The notes under the pieces were generated by a model, which was not told the origin of the DNA, searched no databases, and worked only from the letters and a program-made list of their open reading frames with translations. From the NCBI RefSeq assembly GCF_006345805.1, contig NC_043000.1, positions 68,076,001 to 68,140,000 on the forward strand: 64,000 bases of DNA, written 5' to 3'. The DNA is from Octopus sinensis (lineage: Eukaryota). A program made the position numbers and the translations under genes. This document shows, piece after piece, positions 11,717 to 25,495 of the stretch (position 1 is the stretch's first letter; the number at the start of each line of letters is the position of its first letter).

Positions 11717-13011
11717 GATTTTAGTAAAACGAAGTGGTCGAAGAAATCTAGTAAAAAAATTTGAGATTTACAAATACACACACATGAATGCATGAATTTC
11801 TCATTACCCTTTGGCATGTTCATTAAAATTCAACCAGAAGAAGTAACTCTTAAACCTATGTTTATATAGGTGAATAAGTTGTATATGTATGCACCTTTTT
11901 GTTTTATTTACAGATTCTTAATTTACTTGCCCTCTCACCCTTCCTCTCGCCAGCTTATTTATAGAAACTCTGGGATGGCTGGCTGGGTGGAAATGGACTT
12001 CAGCTTCTTGATACTTTAGCTTAGGTGAAATTTGAGGAAGTTTGTAAGTTCTGTTATCCTTTCGTTAATCAAAATTCCTGAGTTTAATTCTTGGCATTTT
12101 TTTACTTTCGCGCCGATGTAGCTTATTTGTTTATCTTGTGGATCAGATCCAGATTTTTATCTATTCCACACATATGAGATTTTAAACATTAACGGAAATA
12201 TCTGATTTACTTTTCTCTAACGTAGTTAAAGATCAGAACTGTGTAACACGAAAATGAGATACCTTACCTATTTTGATCATAAATAAGTAAATAAAAAAAA
12301 AACCTGCTTTCAGTGAAGGCGTTAATAAAGGGAAATAGAATGGTATGATGGAGTAAGATAAGATTAGAATGCAGTAACGAAGTACTGGGTAAGTTATTCT
12401 CTGTTAGCCCCTACACAATCTGCTGCACGTAGGATGCTGAGAGTAAAGCACATACTTTGACTTGCAGGCAGAAATTTTATGTTGCCTTCTTTCTTCTAAA
12501 AGAATCAGCTGACATAGGGGATAGAGGAGAATTAGGGTGCGGTAACAAACGGCCAGGAAGCCCAAATTCAGTAAAACAAGAGGCAAAAAAAGGAGGTAAC
12601 AGTCTGTCTATTAATAACCAATTCCTTTATTTGATACAAGTATGATGATTTGAGAAAATCATTTTTATAGTTTATCGAAGGGAACAGAGGGTTGGTTGGT
12701 TATTTGATAAAAGCTGTTATATCTATGGTGTATGAAAGGCAAAAATGGTGCTAACACTAGAACAGTTTCATCAGCCTGATTACGTCACAATAATATTTAG
12801 TAATTGTTAAATAAAATGTTGATAATTTGTTGAGAGTTGAAATCAGAGATTAAAACTATATGTTAAAATACACAGAAGGATAGAGGTACACTCAGAAAAC
12901 AAATAGCATACACATACAGACATGGATATTTTAGTAAACATGTCAGCATGTTTAAAATACAATATAAAAACTTTACATTCGAAAACATTTTTGAATATGC
13001 GATATGAATGA

Positions 13012-13044
13012 TATATATATGAATATATATTATACATATATGCA

Positions 13045-13132
<88 letters not shown>

Positions 13133-13180
13133 AATACACACACACACACAATAAACATACATACATGTATATATACATAC
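13012..13180. repeat. (TA)n/(CA)n microsatellite block
   Basis: Direct reading. Confidence 0.95.
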
Positions 13181-13404
13181 AAAGACAGAGAGCAATACCA
13201 CCATAATGGATTTCCGTCAGTTTCGACGGTGAGCATTTCAGTTATTCCATCAAGTGGACTACCTACTCATTGACTTATAGCAATTGAGCATTGAATAGAA
13301 ATGTGACCCTTAAGATGATGCTCAGGAAGAATCAATGTGACAATGTGTGACTTGGTACTACAGGTACAGTCAGTCCAAGCACTCCGACGTCTTAGATACA
13401 CACA

Positions 13405-13455
<51 letters not shown>

Positions 13456-14359
13456 ACACACACACACACACACACAGAGTTTTTCTATCTAACCAGCTTT
13501 AGTCACAAAGCTTGGAACGACCCGAAACTATGGTACGAACCCGATGTGAAATTCTTAACCACATGACTATGCCAATTTGGTGCACCTCTGGCTTTGTTTC
13601 CTCGTAAATCTCAGAAAAATGCGTTAATTTGAATGAAATTTTGCATAGGTTACGTTTTCGAAGGTTTAGATGACAATGCTGATAGAACTTCGAAAACATT
13701 TTTGGAGGAGTGTCGGATCATTAATCCCGACCTTTTTCTCAACAATTTCCATAACTTTTTTTTTTACTAGTTTCACCTCGAGAGCTGCGGCCATGCTGGG
13801 GCACCAACACGAACATTTTTTCACAGTTTATTTATTTTTTTTTTCAGGTTTATATTTTTGAGATGTCAGTATTACGTAATCCATACTCTCGAAAACGTAC
13901 TTCTGCAAAATTTCTTTTAAAAATATGCATTTTTCAGAAAGTTATGCGGAAACAATGTCAGAGGCGCAGGAGCACCAAACTGTAGATATGCATACATACA
14001 ATATACATACATACATATCTGTGTGTGTGTGTGTGTATTTGTATGTATGTATGTATGTATGAATGTGTTTCTCTGGACCGGGGAGTGCACGTTTCATTTC
14101 ATGTTGCCCCAGTCCATTCAGCTGTAAATAGGAATAGTCTTCCGATCAGGGGGAATGTTGGCCCGCTCGCCTGGCCAGCGAGAGGGATGGCGCCATTCGC
14201 AAGGTAAAACAATACGAAGCGCATTGTGACCAGCGATTATAACAACATCTGGTCGATACCGTAATACAAGTCTGGTCGATACCGTAATACACAAACACAC
14301 GCAGACACAATAGAGAGAGAGGGGAGAGAGAGAGAGAGAGAGAGAACTAATGTTCTCTA

Positions 14360-14742
14360 TTCTAGACACAAGGCCCGAAATTTTGGGGGAGGGTGCCACT
14401 CAGTACGCAAATGGTACTTATTTTATCGACCCCGAAAGGGTGAAAGGCAAAGTCGACTTCGGCGGAATTTGAACTCAGAACATAAAGACAGACGAAATAC
14501 CTATTTCTATTTCTTTACTACCCACAAGGGGCTAAACACAGAGAGGACAAACAAGGACAGACAAACGGATTAAGTCGATTATATTGACCCCAGTGCGTAA
14601 CTGGTACTTATTTAATCGACACTGAAAGGATGAAAGGCAAAGTCGGCCTCGGCGGAATTTGAACTCAGAACGTAACGACAGATTAAATACCGCTAAGCAT
14701 TTCGCCCGGCGTGCTAACGCTTCTGCCAGCTCGCCGCCTTAG
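14360..14742 (-). mobile_element. Two tandem Nin/Deu-like SINE copies (14360-14500, 14505-14742)
   Basis: The ATCGACCCCGAAAGG.TGAAAGGCAAAGTCG block occurs twice; CpGs intact. Confidence 0.85.
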
Positions 14743-14889
14743 AGAGAGAACTAATGTTAATGAATCACCAAGCAGCCACAAAGAAGTCGAAAAGTGAAAA
14801 CTAGTATGGAAGGTTTAAAGCATGTTGCCATGAATCACACTTCGCGTAGCAGTCATGAAAGCTCCGGATTCGATTCCCGTGTACGGCAT

Positions 14890-15063
14890 CAGTGCCATCT
14901 TTAGGTAAGGGATCATAGAGTAGTTAGTTACCTATGGGCCTCCCAGGTCTAGGAGCCCAATTCTCATCTGTGTATGTTACGATCTGTAGTCAATAAATAA
15001 ATATTAGAGGGGCCCAATGCACTGAATTGCTCGGGGACTCATAATATTACTAAGATGGTCTCA
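14890..15063. mobile_element. Probable hAT-type MITE
   Basis: CAGTGCCATCTT ... TAAGATGGTCTCA imperfect TIRs. Confidence 0.45.
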
Positions 15064-15257
15064 TAGGGCATATTAGATAAATGTATTTTAACATACCTTC
15101 GGGTCTAGCCAAACTTAGTAAGTAAAACTGGGCAAAAAGTGTATGTGAGCACGTCGGCTGTACCTGTTATTCAAGCGTCCATATATATCTATATATATAT
15201 AAGTACATATACATATACACACACATATACTTTAATAAAAGTACACACACACACACA

Positions 15258-15398
15258 CTTTTATTAAAGCTGCAAAATTATCACAAAACTTACTCAGAAT
15301 TTCGCGTTCCCGTTCGTCGGACATCACAACTGTCCGACGAACGGGAACGAGAAACTCTGAGTAACAGTTCGGTGATAATTTTGCAGCTTTAATAAAAG
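15258..15398. repeat. 141-bp palindrome with divergent hammerhead-like motifs (PLE-derived)
   Basis: CTTTTATTAAAGCTGCAAAATTATCAC...GTCGGACA-TCACAAC-TGTCCGAC...GTGATAATTTTGCAGCTTTAATAAAAG. Confidence 0.85.
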
Positions 15399-15466
15399 CA
15401 TAATACTCTACCTTTGATATTCGAGTACTATTTTTTTCTACCTTGTTTTGAACTTATGTGTTCACT

Positions 15467-15691
15467 TTGTGTGTGTGTGTGTGTGTGTGTGAGTGTGAGT
15501 GTGTGTGGTGTGTGTGTGTGTGAGTGTGTGTGTGCGTGCGTGTGTGTCTGTGTGTGTGAGTGTGAGAGAGAAAGAGTGTGTGTGTGTGCGTGCGCGTGCG
15601 TATGTGTGTGTGTGTGTGTGCGCGTGCATGTGTGTCTGTGTGTGTGAGTGTGAGAGAGAAAGAGTGTGAGAGAGAGAGAGAGAGAAAGAGT

Positions 15692-15773
<82 letters not shown>

Positions 15774-15790
15774 CGGGAGATAGACAGAGA
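15467..15790. repeat. (TG)n grading into (GA)n
   Basis: Direct reading. Confidence 0.95.
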
Positions 15791-16023
15791 TAGAAAGTAA
15801 AACGCTAATTTATTTGGAGGAATTATGTTAGGATTTCACATGTATGTGGAATATTCGGCCACCTATACGTTAATTTAACGAGAATGTGAGCTGCTTAAAC
15901 ATCTGAGTTTGTTGTTGAAATCGACAGAGGATCCATGATAAAAAGATAGATATACACAGACGAGTGCATACCTAATATAAATAGTTAGGGATATGAATGT
16001 ATAAAATTTGTGTGTGTGAGTGT

Positions 16024-16063
<40 letters not shown>

Positions 16064-16354
16064 TGTGTTGTGTGTGTTGTGTGTGTGTGTGTGCGTGCGT
16101 GCGTGCGTGTGTGTTCATGATGACAATAATAAAATGAATGTTTCACGAACTAGAATATCTGAAGGTTACCACCCGACTCGCTCCGAATTTATTGAACTAT
16201 GGCATTTATGGAGTACCTGTTCTCATCTGGAACAAAGAAAAAGCCAGTTAAGAACATACGGCCCATGAACCGGTAGGTTAGGTTACACACACAAGAGCAA
16301 GCGCACAAACACACACACACACATACACACACATCAACACCCACATATAAAAAT

Positions 16355-16417
16355 TAGATAGATAGATAGATAGACAGGCAGATAGACAAATAGATAGATA
16401 GATAGATAGATAGACAA

Positions 16418-16486
<69 letters not shown>

Positions 16487-16487
16487 C

Positions 16488-16530
<43 letters not shown>

Positions 16531-16532
16531 CA

Positions 16533-16593
<61 letters not shown>

Positions 16594-16596
16594 CAA

Positions 16597-16661
<65 letters not shown>

Positions 16662-16676
16662 CAGACAGATAGACAA

Positions 16677-16762
<86 letters not shown>

Positions 16763-16790
16763 CTCGACAGAAAGATAGATAAACATACAC
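16355..16790. repeat. Long (GATA)n microsatellite
   Basis: About 430 bp with GACA variants. Confidence 0.97.
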
Positions 16791-17699
16791 AGATAAATAG
16801 ATATATGTAAGGAGAATGAAGTATATGGTCGCTCACTATAAAATATAAACGTTGTTATTGGGCGGGTCGAAGTAGCTATGAGAAAGAAAAACAATTGTTT
16901 TAACATTCGAAGTTTACTCATCTCTGAAAATGTTAGGCTCGTTGCAAATGTTAAAAAGAAAAGTTGTATTATCTATTATAAGGATTATATTTGTTATATT
17001 ATAAGGATTAAATCTGTTAAATAAAGAAAAAACAAGCTGGATAGAAAATGAAACAGAAAACAGCGAGTGGGACGAAAAAGGAGAGTAAAGGGAATGGAAG
17101 AGGAGTTGAATGGATGAAAAACACAATGAAAAGTTAGTAAATTTGCTAGTGGAAACAAAAGCAACTCACGTGTAGAAAAAAAAAGAAACAATACCGATTT
17201 TAACAAATAATAAGAATGAAATGCTTCTATAAAGGTCAGATGATTACCAAAGGAATAAATTTGTAGTTCCACAAGTAAAGAAGTAACTAAGGTAGCTTTT
17301 GATGTTGTCCTTGCATGTTTATAGGGTGCGAGTAAGTTCCGGTTCAATCCAACTGTACAGACTGGGACATAGGAGATGTAGTTTTTTGCAAAAAACTATA
17401 CAACTGTAAATACAACAGTTTTCTTGTCACACTTTTACCAATACTTGTGTGTGTGTATCTCTAGTGATAGAGGCGGAGATAAAATTTAAAATGCATGTTT
17501 TACTCCAAACTAGTATGGTTTGTAACTAACCAATCAATCCACTTATATGTTATGTCGGTCATCAAAAGAGAGTATGAGAGTGGATGCTGTTCTCTCTCTC
17601 TCCCCTCTCTTTCTCTTTCTCCTCCCCTCTCCTACTCTCTCTCTTTCTGCCTGCCTGTCTGTCTGTCGATCTCTGTATTACATACATACTCTCTACTTA

Positions 17700-18088
17700 C
17701 TCTTTTTACTCTTTTACTGGTTTCAGTCATTTGACTGCGGCCATGCTGGAGCACCGCCTTTAGTAAAGCAAATAGACCCCAGGACTTATTCTTTGGAAGC
17801 CTAGCACTTATTCTATGGGTCTCTTTTGCCGAACCGCTAAGTTACGGGGACGTAAACACACCAGCATCAGTTGTCAAGCGAAGTTGGTGGAACAAACAGA
17901 CACACAAACATATGCACACACATACACACACACATATATACATATATATACGACGGGCTTCTTTCAGTTTCCGTTTACCAAATCCACTCACAAGGCTTTG
18001 GTCGGCCCAAGGCTAGAGTAGAAGACACTTGCCCAAAGTACCACGCAGTGGGACTGAACCCGGAACCATGTGGTTGGTAAGCATGCTA
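17700..18088 (-). mobile_element. Near full-length main-family tRNA SINE
   Basis: Head GGTTCCGGGTTCAGTCCC (B-box-like) through the (TAAAAGAG) tail. Confidence 0.9.
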
Positions 18089-18130
<42 letters not shown>

Positions 18131-18834
18131 CCCTTCCCTTCGCACCCTTTCGCCTTTGCACTATTTTAGTTTTTTGGTTTCTTTCAACACCCACTCTCTC
18201 CATTTGCGACCTTTTCCCTCCCTTCTGTCTGAACGCTGATGTCACGTGTCCCAAATTGCCTCCCACAAAGAGTTTTTTACTGCACAAAATCAGTCATACT
18301 GATGGAAACAGTTCCTTTGTGACATAATAAACATCCTCGAATATCCATCCCTTCAACGAAACCTTAACAAACAATATAAAACATTTCCCTCTGCCCCTGT
18401 CACATACAGCTATTAAGACGATTAAATCGGATGATTTAATAATTTTACTTGAATGATTTTATTCTCATTCTAGCAAAACATTACACACTGTAAACTAAAT
18501 ATGAAAAAGAATAACATTTTAATATCTGAATTTGATCTATTCAGCTTGTTCTCTACTTGCTGGTCAGCTCTATTGAAACACTTTTCCTCGCAGGCGTTCC
18601 AGTTGTATTATATCAGTCTTTTAAGTGACAGTACGGAAACTTAGCTACTGTTTGTAGCAGGTTGAGAGATGCATACGCTTGTTGTCTTTGTTAGCCAGTC
18701 AGCTAGTTTGTGGCGGCGGTGAGTTCAGTAATTCTTTCAATCGCATAAACATTTTTCTAATGGTATACCATCGGCGAGTCTCACTAATCGAGCCATTTTC
18801 CCGCCTGGTCTACTTATGATGAGTTAAACATAAT

Positions 18835-19020
18835 ACTGATTTCAAATTTTTGGCTCAAGGCCAGCAATTTTAGCGGAGGGGTAAGTCGGTTATATCGACC
18901 CCAGTGCTCAGCTGGTTCTTATTTTATCGACTACAAAGAGATGGAAGGCAGAGTCGGCTTCGGCGCATTTTGAACTCGGATCATGAAGACGGATGAAATG
19001 CCGCTAATCTCGCTGCCTTG
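18835..19020 (-). mobile_element. Nin/Deu-like SINE
   Basis: ATCGACCCCAGTG..CTGGTTCTTATTTTATCGAC. Confidence 0.8.
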
Positions 19021-19680
19021 AGAGTTAAACATGATACTTGTACGCTACATGTACTGCATCATTTTCCCGGAACCTTTTATTCCAAAAACTTTCCAGGTTA
19101 CTAATTTTTCCGAACCAGGGATGGTTACTTTCCTCAGCACATTCTAAATTAAACAAATATTAAGTTTACTTAGATAATTATATGAAATACAAAGACCTGT
19201 ATATTAGTGTAAATTAGTACGGATTATACGAGGTTCCAGATCATCAGTGTCTTGACAGTTGATGTATCTATACTCACCACAAACATCTCTATTTACTTGG
19301 GTGACTTTTACCTATAGTATATGTTTATTGGGAGATTTAAGTATCTTCACGGGGTTTGAGCTGTCGACTGTTCGAGCGTTTGATCAACTCCATGTCCACT
19401 CAACCAGGTAGAACTTTCAAATTGAGAATCCAATTAAAATGGGAAAATAAAACCATGATACAAAAAAGGGGAGAGAAAAATTGAATGCTTTCAGGATGTT
19501 CTGGATAAAATCTGGAAACCAAGAAAACGGATTATCAGAGTTTGCATCACCACTTTTGTTATCAGTATTGTTTGAAAACCAAGTGGTATTGAGTGCGTTG
19601 AATTCTCCTCTTAACGATGGTCTTTGCAGGAGTATTAGAATAATCTAATACTCCTGGTAGGATGGTTCGTGAGATCCGTG

Positions 19681-19741
<61 letters not shown>

Positions 19742-20359
19742 GAAACAAAAACGCAATAGAGTACAATAAAACATTCGGACAGATAGACGATACAAGGCGG
19801 ACAAGAGAAACATCAATTAGAAGGACAGGCATAAAAAGACGGGTCATTCGTACCTTCTTTCCTCAGTTAAGTCCCAGAAGTCACAACCATTTTGGGCAGT
19901 TACACATAAGACGGTTCGATCTTGTTGCCCCCCAAAAAGTCTAAGCTAAGAGCCAGTTGAATTAGGTACTTAAATTGAAGCACTAAGCCAGTTCAGTATA
20001 GTCTGCACAACTCCAAGTTAGGTGAACAGAATGTAAATAAGTAAAAAGTTTGTCCAGGTATCAATACATTACGGCGGTTTCCAGCGGCTCCATTTAATCG
20101 ATCAATGAAAACATTACATCAATTTGAAAGAAACCGCTCTCCTCAGCCATAGATGACCATATAGATTTCCAACATAAAGGATAAACCATTTTTAACAAAT
20201 TTATATCAGTACTAGAAACTAAATGATTACATTGTCTCCTTATGTTATACTTGAGGCAGAATGAGTGCAGAAAAATATGCATATCTTAAGCCTACTATAA
20301 TTTAGAGAATAGCAGAGGAAAATAGTGTTGGGTCAAGATATAGGAGTGGTGAGATAGTT

Positions 20360-20672
20360 ACTGGGCAAGTGTCTTCTACTATAGCCTCAGGCCGACCAAA
20401 GCCTTGTGAGTGGATTTTGTAGACGGAAACTGAAAGAAGCCTGTCGTATATATATATGTATGTATGTGTGTGTGTGTGTTTGTCCCACCGACATCGCTTG
20501 ACAATCGATGCTGCTGTGTTTACGTCCCCGTAACTTAGCGGATCGGCAAAAGAGACCGATAGAATAAGTACTAGGCTTCCAAAGAATAAGTCTTGTGGTC
20601 GATTTGCTCGAATAAAGGAGCTCCAGCATGGCCGCTGTCAAATGACTGAAACAAGTATTAGAATAAAAGAAT
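20360..20672 (+). mobile_element. Main-family SINE, 5'-truncated
   Basis: Close match to the reverse complement of the 17.7-kb copy. Confidence 0.85.
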
Positions 20673-20676
20673 ACAG

Positions 20677-20720
<44 letters not shown>

Positions 20721-20737
20721 TTTTATGTGTGTATTTT

Positions 20738-20942
20738 ATTTTACATCTTTTACTTATTTCAGTCATTAGACTGCGGTCATGCTGGGGTACCCTAGAAGGA
20801 TTTTTTTTTAGTTGAATGAATCGACTCCAGTCCTTATTTTTTTAAAGCCTGGTACTTATCCTAGCGGTCACTTTTGCCGAACCGCTAAGTTACGGGAACG
20901 TAAACACTCCAACACCGGTTGTCAAACGGTGGTGGAGGACAA
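20738..20942 (-). mobile_element. Main-family SINE 3' half, tail-to-tail with the previous copy
   Basis: TTTCAGTCATTAGACTGCGG...CCGCTAAGTTACGGGAACG. Confidence 0.8.
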
Positions 20943-21154
20943 TGTCGTTCAATGCTCGAAATGAGGAGTATATGGACAGCCGACAACTGATGAAGGGCCG
21001 TTCTTTATGTTACTTGTCCTGTTTTCCATTTCTTTTTCGTTGTTTATGTACTCAACTCTTTTGTTTTTGTATTTCATGTTGTTTGCGGTTTGTGATGTCC
21101 TGTACCCATATATGCATATATATGTGTGTATGTGTGTAGATATAAATATATATG

Positions 21155-21213
<59 letters not shown>

Positions 21214-21344
21214 AGCTCAAATTCAGTCAAGCGGAAAATACACTCCCTAACTACGCGCTAAAAAGCTATTCAAAATATCCACATGACGTCTACTGACCAG
21301 CCTGAACAATAAGAATTTTCAACAACGCTATTTTCGAAAATTCT

Positions 21345-21600
21345 AAACATTCACGTGACCTCTCTATTATGACCACATCCACGTGACCTCTTTATTATGA
21401 CCAATAAGAAATTTTAGGCGCGACACTAGCCAAATTTTAACTTCTCTGGAGCCTTTTTTCTTACCCCAACACCAACTTCAATTCAAACATTCACGTGACC
21501 CCCTTCATAATGACCAATCAAAATTGTATTGACCATTGTCCACAAGAAATTTTAGACGCGAAACCAAGCAAATCTTAAACAACTCTGGAGCCTCTTTTTT
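21345..21600. repeat. Imperfect tandem repeat (~140-bp period) rich in CACGTGACC and TGACCAAT
   Basis: AAACATTCACGTGACC and AAGAAATTT..CGCGA...CTCTGGAGCC each occur twice. Confidence 0.7.
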
Positions 21601-21828
21601 CACATATAAGAGACAGCAAACCCAACATAAAGTCAGATAACAGGAAAAGATCTATCAGAAAAGAACTCTATCTCTCTAAAAAAAATTATCTTTTGATAAG
21701 CATAACAAATGCGCAACCGGTAAAAATAACTTTCACCTAATTAAATTACTTAAATTACTTAAATTATTTTGTCAGCATTTTCTTCATTTCCTTTTTTATA
21801 TTTCACAACTCGTGTTCCACATCTCCTT

Positions 21829-21892
<64 letters not shown>

Positions 21893-23359
21893 TATACTAC
21901 CATTTCATTGAACGCCACGCATCCATTTCTAAGTAAGTTTATATATATATAATACAAATAGGAAAATGGAGAAACAAATTTAGTTTGTTCATCAACTTTC
22001 GGATATTAGAATGTTGAATTATTTATTCATTTAACAAAATGAGAACCTTAATAGCATACATATATATCTTATAATTTAATACATATAAGATAAAAATAGA
22101 AATTATAAAAATCATAATATAAATGATTGAAATCGTTAAAATCACTTCTTACAGCTGTTTCAGCCTATGGTTAAAAGTAGTTATTTTTATTTTTAATGCC
22201 TATAGTTGTCAATATATGGTAGTATAAACAATATATTGTTTACTTTGTGTAATCCAAACCTTCTATTGCTCCCCAGCTCCACCACCTTATCTCACGTTTA
22301 CTCTCTTTTACCGACATTGCCTTCTTTTTTTAACTCTACATTCGATATTTTTTGTTTTTGTTTTTCACTTTGCCTTATAATTTGATGTACCTCTTATTCT
22401 CTCTTCCTCTAAATACATCTATTTCTTTTGGCTACAATTTTTATATCCCATTCACAAATTTTATTCTGTCCTTATACAACGATGTTAAAACCAAGCTCTG
22501 TTTGTTGTAAGGATTAGTGAATGTCAATCTTGTTTATATTATTGGTTGGATATTGTTGTAAGAAAATAACAACCACCTCACCATCCATTTTACCTGAAAA
22601 TAAAGCTATTTGCTGTGTTGTGGCTTTAACTTAGTAATTTCTACACAGTAACATTTTAAAAAATATATAAATGTCTGAGATGAATTGATGTTAATACTAT
22701 TATCTTATATACATGAGACATATCGAAATATTCTCATTCAACGTTACGTACGATCGCCACGAGGTACCCTATTCTTAGATATGTACATTGTACAGACAAA
22801 GCTGTTACAGCTGTTTCAACAAAATATGGATAATAAATCATTTAACAAGTTGGAAAACATGAATATGAGCAATGGTTATATTTCATTATATAATATTGAT
22901 TATATAATATAAGACCAACAGCCATTTCGTCATGACACTAATGAATAAATTAATGCGAGGACAATTTGGATAAATTCACCTATATAAAGGTACAGATGAT
23001 TTGGTGAGAGGTGTTTCTCTTTTTACAAGAAGGCTGAGTTTCTGTAAGAAGTGCAAATAAAAGAAAAGGTAAAGATGATGGTTTTAGTGTATCACTTGAC
23101 AAGATCACTTTAAAAGTTAGATTCATTAATGAGTCTATACATTCAGATTGCTGTCCGGTAAGGACACACACAAACATGTACATACATACATACATACATA
23201 CATACATACATACATACATACATACATACATACATACATACAATACAATACAATACAATACATGCGCACACACACGTAGAGGCGCAGGCATGATTGTGTG
23301 GTTAAGTACAGACATTGCATAAAGCACGTCGTTTGTATGTATGTGAGGTTGAGTACGTA

Positions 23360-24588
23360 CGCGGATGGGCTGAAAAGTTCGTAGGCTGACAATGAAGGAA
23401 TGATGCTAGAGCTGTGAAATCTTGCAAACATTAATTTCAACACTTCTTATTAATAACTGCGTTGTTTCTTTCCATGTAAACTCACCTGACTGTTCAAAAA
23501 AGACCTCAAAATTAACGTGTTGCAACTTTTCTTGAAAATCGATAAAATTTGGCATCGCAGAGTTATCAGATACCTACAGAGAAATGGTTCAGACCGAAGG
23601 ACATTCATGCTGACATGCTTGTTACATTAGGGGATGATGATCCAACTTTATCAACAGTGCAAAAATGAGCAGCTGAATTTAGGAGGGGAAGGGAAAGTCT
23701 TGAAGATGACTCAACACCTGGACGTCTTGAAACTGCCACCATTGAGGAAAATATTGATCGTGTTCACCACATGGTGATTGGCTATAAATCAAATCGCCAA
23801 TGCTATTAGCATATCCTGCAAGAAAGTTGAGAATATTCTGCACAATGAATTTAGCATGAAGTAACTGCTCTGTGGGTGCCACGTCTTTTAACACCTGATC
23901 ATATCATAGGAAGATCTGACATTGTTTGAAGCAGATCCAGCTAGTTTCCTAACCCAAGATGAGAGTTGGGTTCATCACTTTGAGCCAGAGACGAAGAGAC
24001 AATCCATGTAGAGGAAATACCCCTCCTTACCTGCTCCAAAGAACGTCATTTCATCTGCAGGGAAGGTGATGACCCAGTTTTTCTTTTAATGCAAAAAGGC
24101 ATTATGTTTATTGACTATCTTCAAAAGGGTCACACCATCAATGGAGAGTACTATACCAGCTTACTGAGGCAGTTACAAAAGGCTATCAAGACCAGACGGA
24201 CAAGAAAACTGACGAAAGGTTTCATGAGGACAATGCTCTAGCACACACGTCTTCGGTTTCAATGGCCGCTGTATGTGACTGGCTTTGAGATGATTGATCA
24301 GTCTCCCTTTTCTCCTGATTTGGTCCCATTTGGCTATCAGCTGCTTCCCAACATGAAAAAACTCTTGGCTGGGAACCAGTATTGCAGTGATGATGACGTC
24401 ATATTTGCATTTGATGACTTTTTTGATTAACAGGATGAAAGCTTCTCCACGAATGGGATCCAAGCACTGAAATACCGATGGAAGAATTGTGTGGATCGCA
24501 AGAGGGACTATGTTGAAAAATAAACCTCATTTGGTCATATTTCATGAGAATATCTTAATCAGCCCATGAACTTTTCAGCCGACCCTCA
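23360..24588 (+). mobile_element. Full-length but decayed mariner (DD34D, irritans-like) element, 1229 bp
   Basis: TIR GGGCTGAAAAGTTC.TAGGCTGA / TCAGCCCATGAACTTTTCAGCC, TA on both flanks; WVPRLL, TQDESWVHHFEPETKRQS, HEDNALAH and SPDLVP motifs with frameshifts. Confidence 0.9.
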
Positions 24589-25179
24589 TATGTATGTATA
24601 TATATGTATGTTTGTGTATGAGTGTACATACGTATGTATATAAATAGGTAACTAGGCATGTACATGTAAGTGTGTGTATGAGCATGCGCGCACGCCTTTG
24701 TGAATGCTTACTTTCTACGTTTAGTCTGAAAAAAGCGTTGAAGTTGGTTGTCATTTCCTGTCAACAAATCGGCCGCTAGTTCCGCGCTTTCTAAGACGTA
24801 TTAGAGATAAAAATATCTCCCTTGAAAAACAGACAAGAGTTAGCAAAAGGAACAAAGTCTCACCAATTTGTCTTCGTCTTACTTATACTAGTGTAGGGAT
24901 TCGAGCCTTAACTGCATGATATTCAATCAGGGATCACGAGTGAGCCACCAGTTTCACATCACTGATCTATAAATAAACCAATCAGCGTGAAGTTGTGGCG
25001 TGACATGGCTCCTTGTCCTCCCCTTTTTAAGACAGAAGGGATTGCCGCTATTTCTGGCAGGTAGGACGCCCTCTATGTGGTCGTTCTACCACCCAGGCGT
25101 CCATAAAAGGCCTCCGACTTTCCTCACTGGTTCCTAAGATCAATAAAACTTGTGATATACAGAGTAACTCGAAATTCTG

Positions 25180-25378
25180 TGAAGGCACGTGGCTTAATAG
25201 TTAGAGTATTCGGCTCACGATTGTAAGGTCGTGAGTTCGATTCCCAGCGACGCATTATATCCTTGAGCAAGACACTATTTTTCACTACGCTAAGGTGTCT
25301 GTAAAGTGTCACGAGCAGACTGTTCTGTTGATCGGATCAATTGGAACCTTCGTCGTCGTAACCGACAGAGTGCCAGTC
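25180..25378 (+). mobile_element. tRNA-derived SINE
   Basis: A-box TGGCTTAATAGTTAGA, B-box GAGTTCGATTCCC, then TCCTTGAGCAAGACACT. Confidence 0.8.
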
Positions 25379-25443
25379 AATTCAAAATTGCCTTTAGAAC
25401 TTATTTCTGTTTAATCTAACTATGAATATACGTACCGGGAAGA

Positions 25444-25495
<52 letters not shown>

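Noticed and set aside
16994-17400. Minus-strand ORF possibly from a PLE GIY-YIG domain
   Set aside because: Motifs too degenerate to support the call.
25183-25255. tRNA-like sequence with A and B boxes
   Set aside because: No intact acceptor stem, and it runs into a SINE body; a SINE head rather than a tRNA gene.
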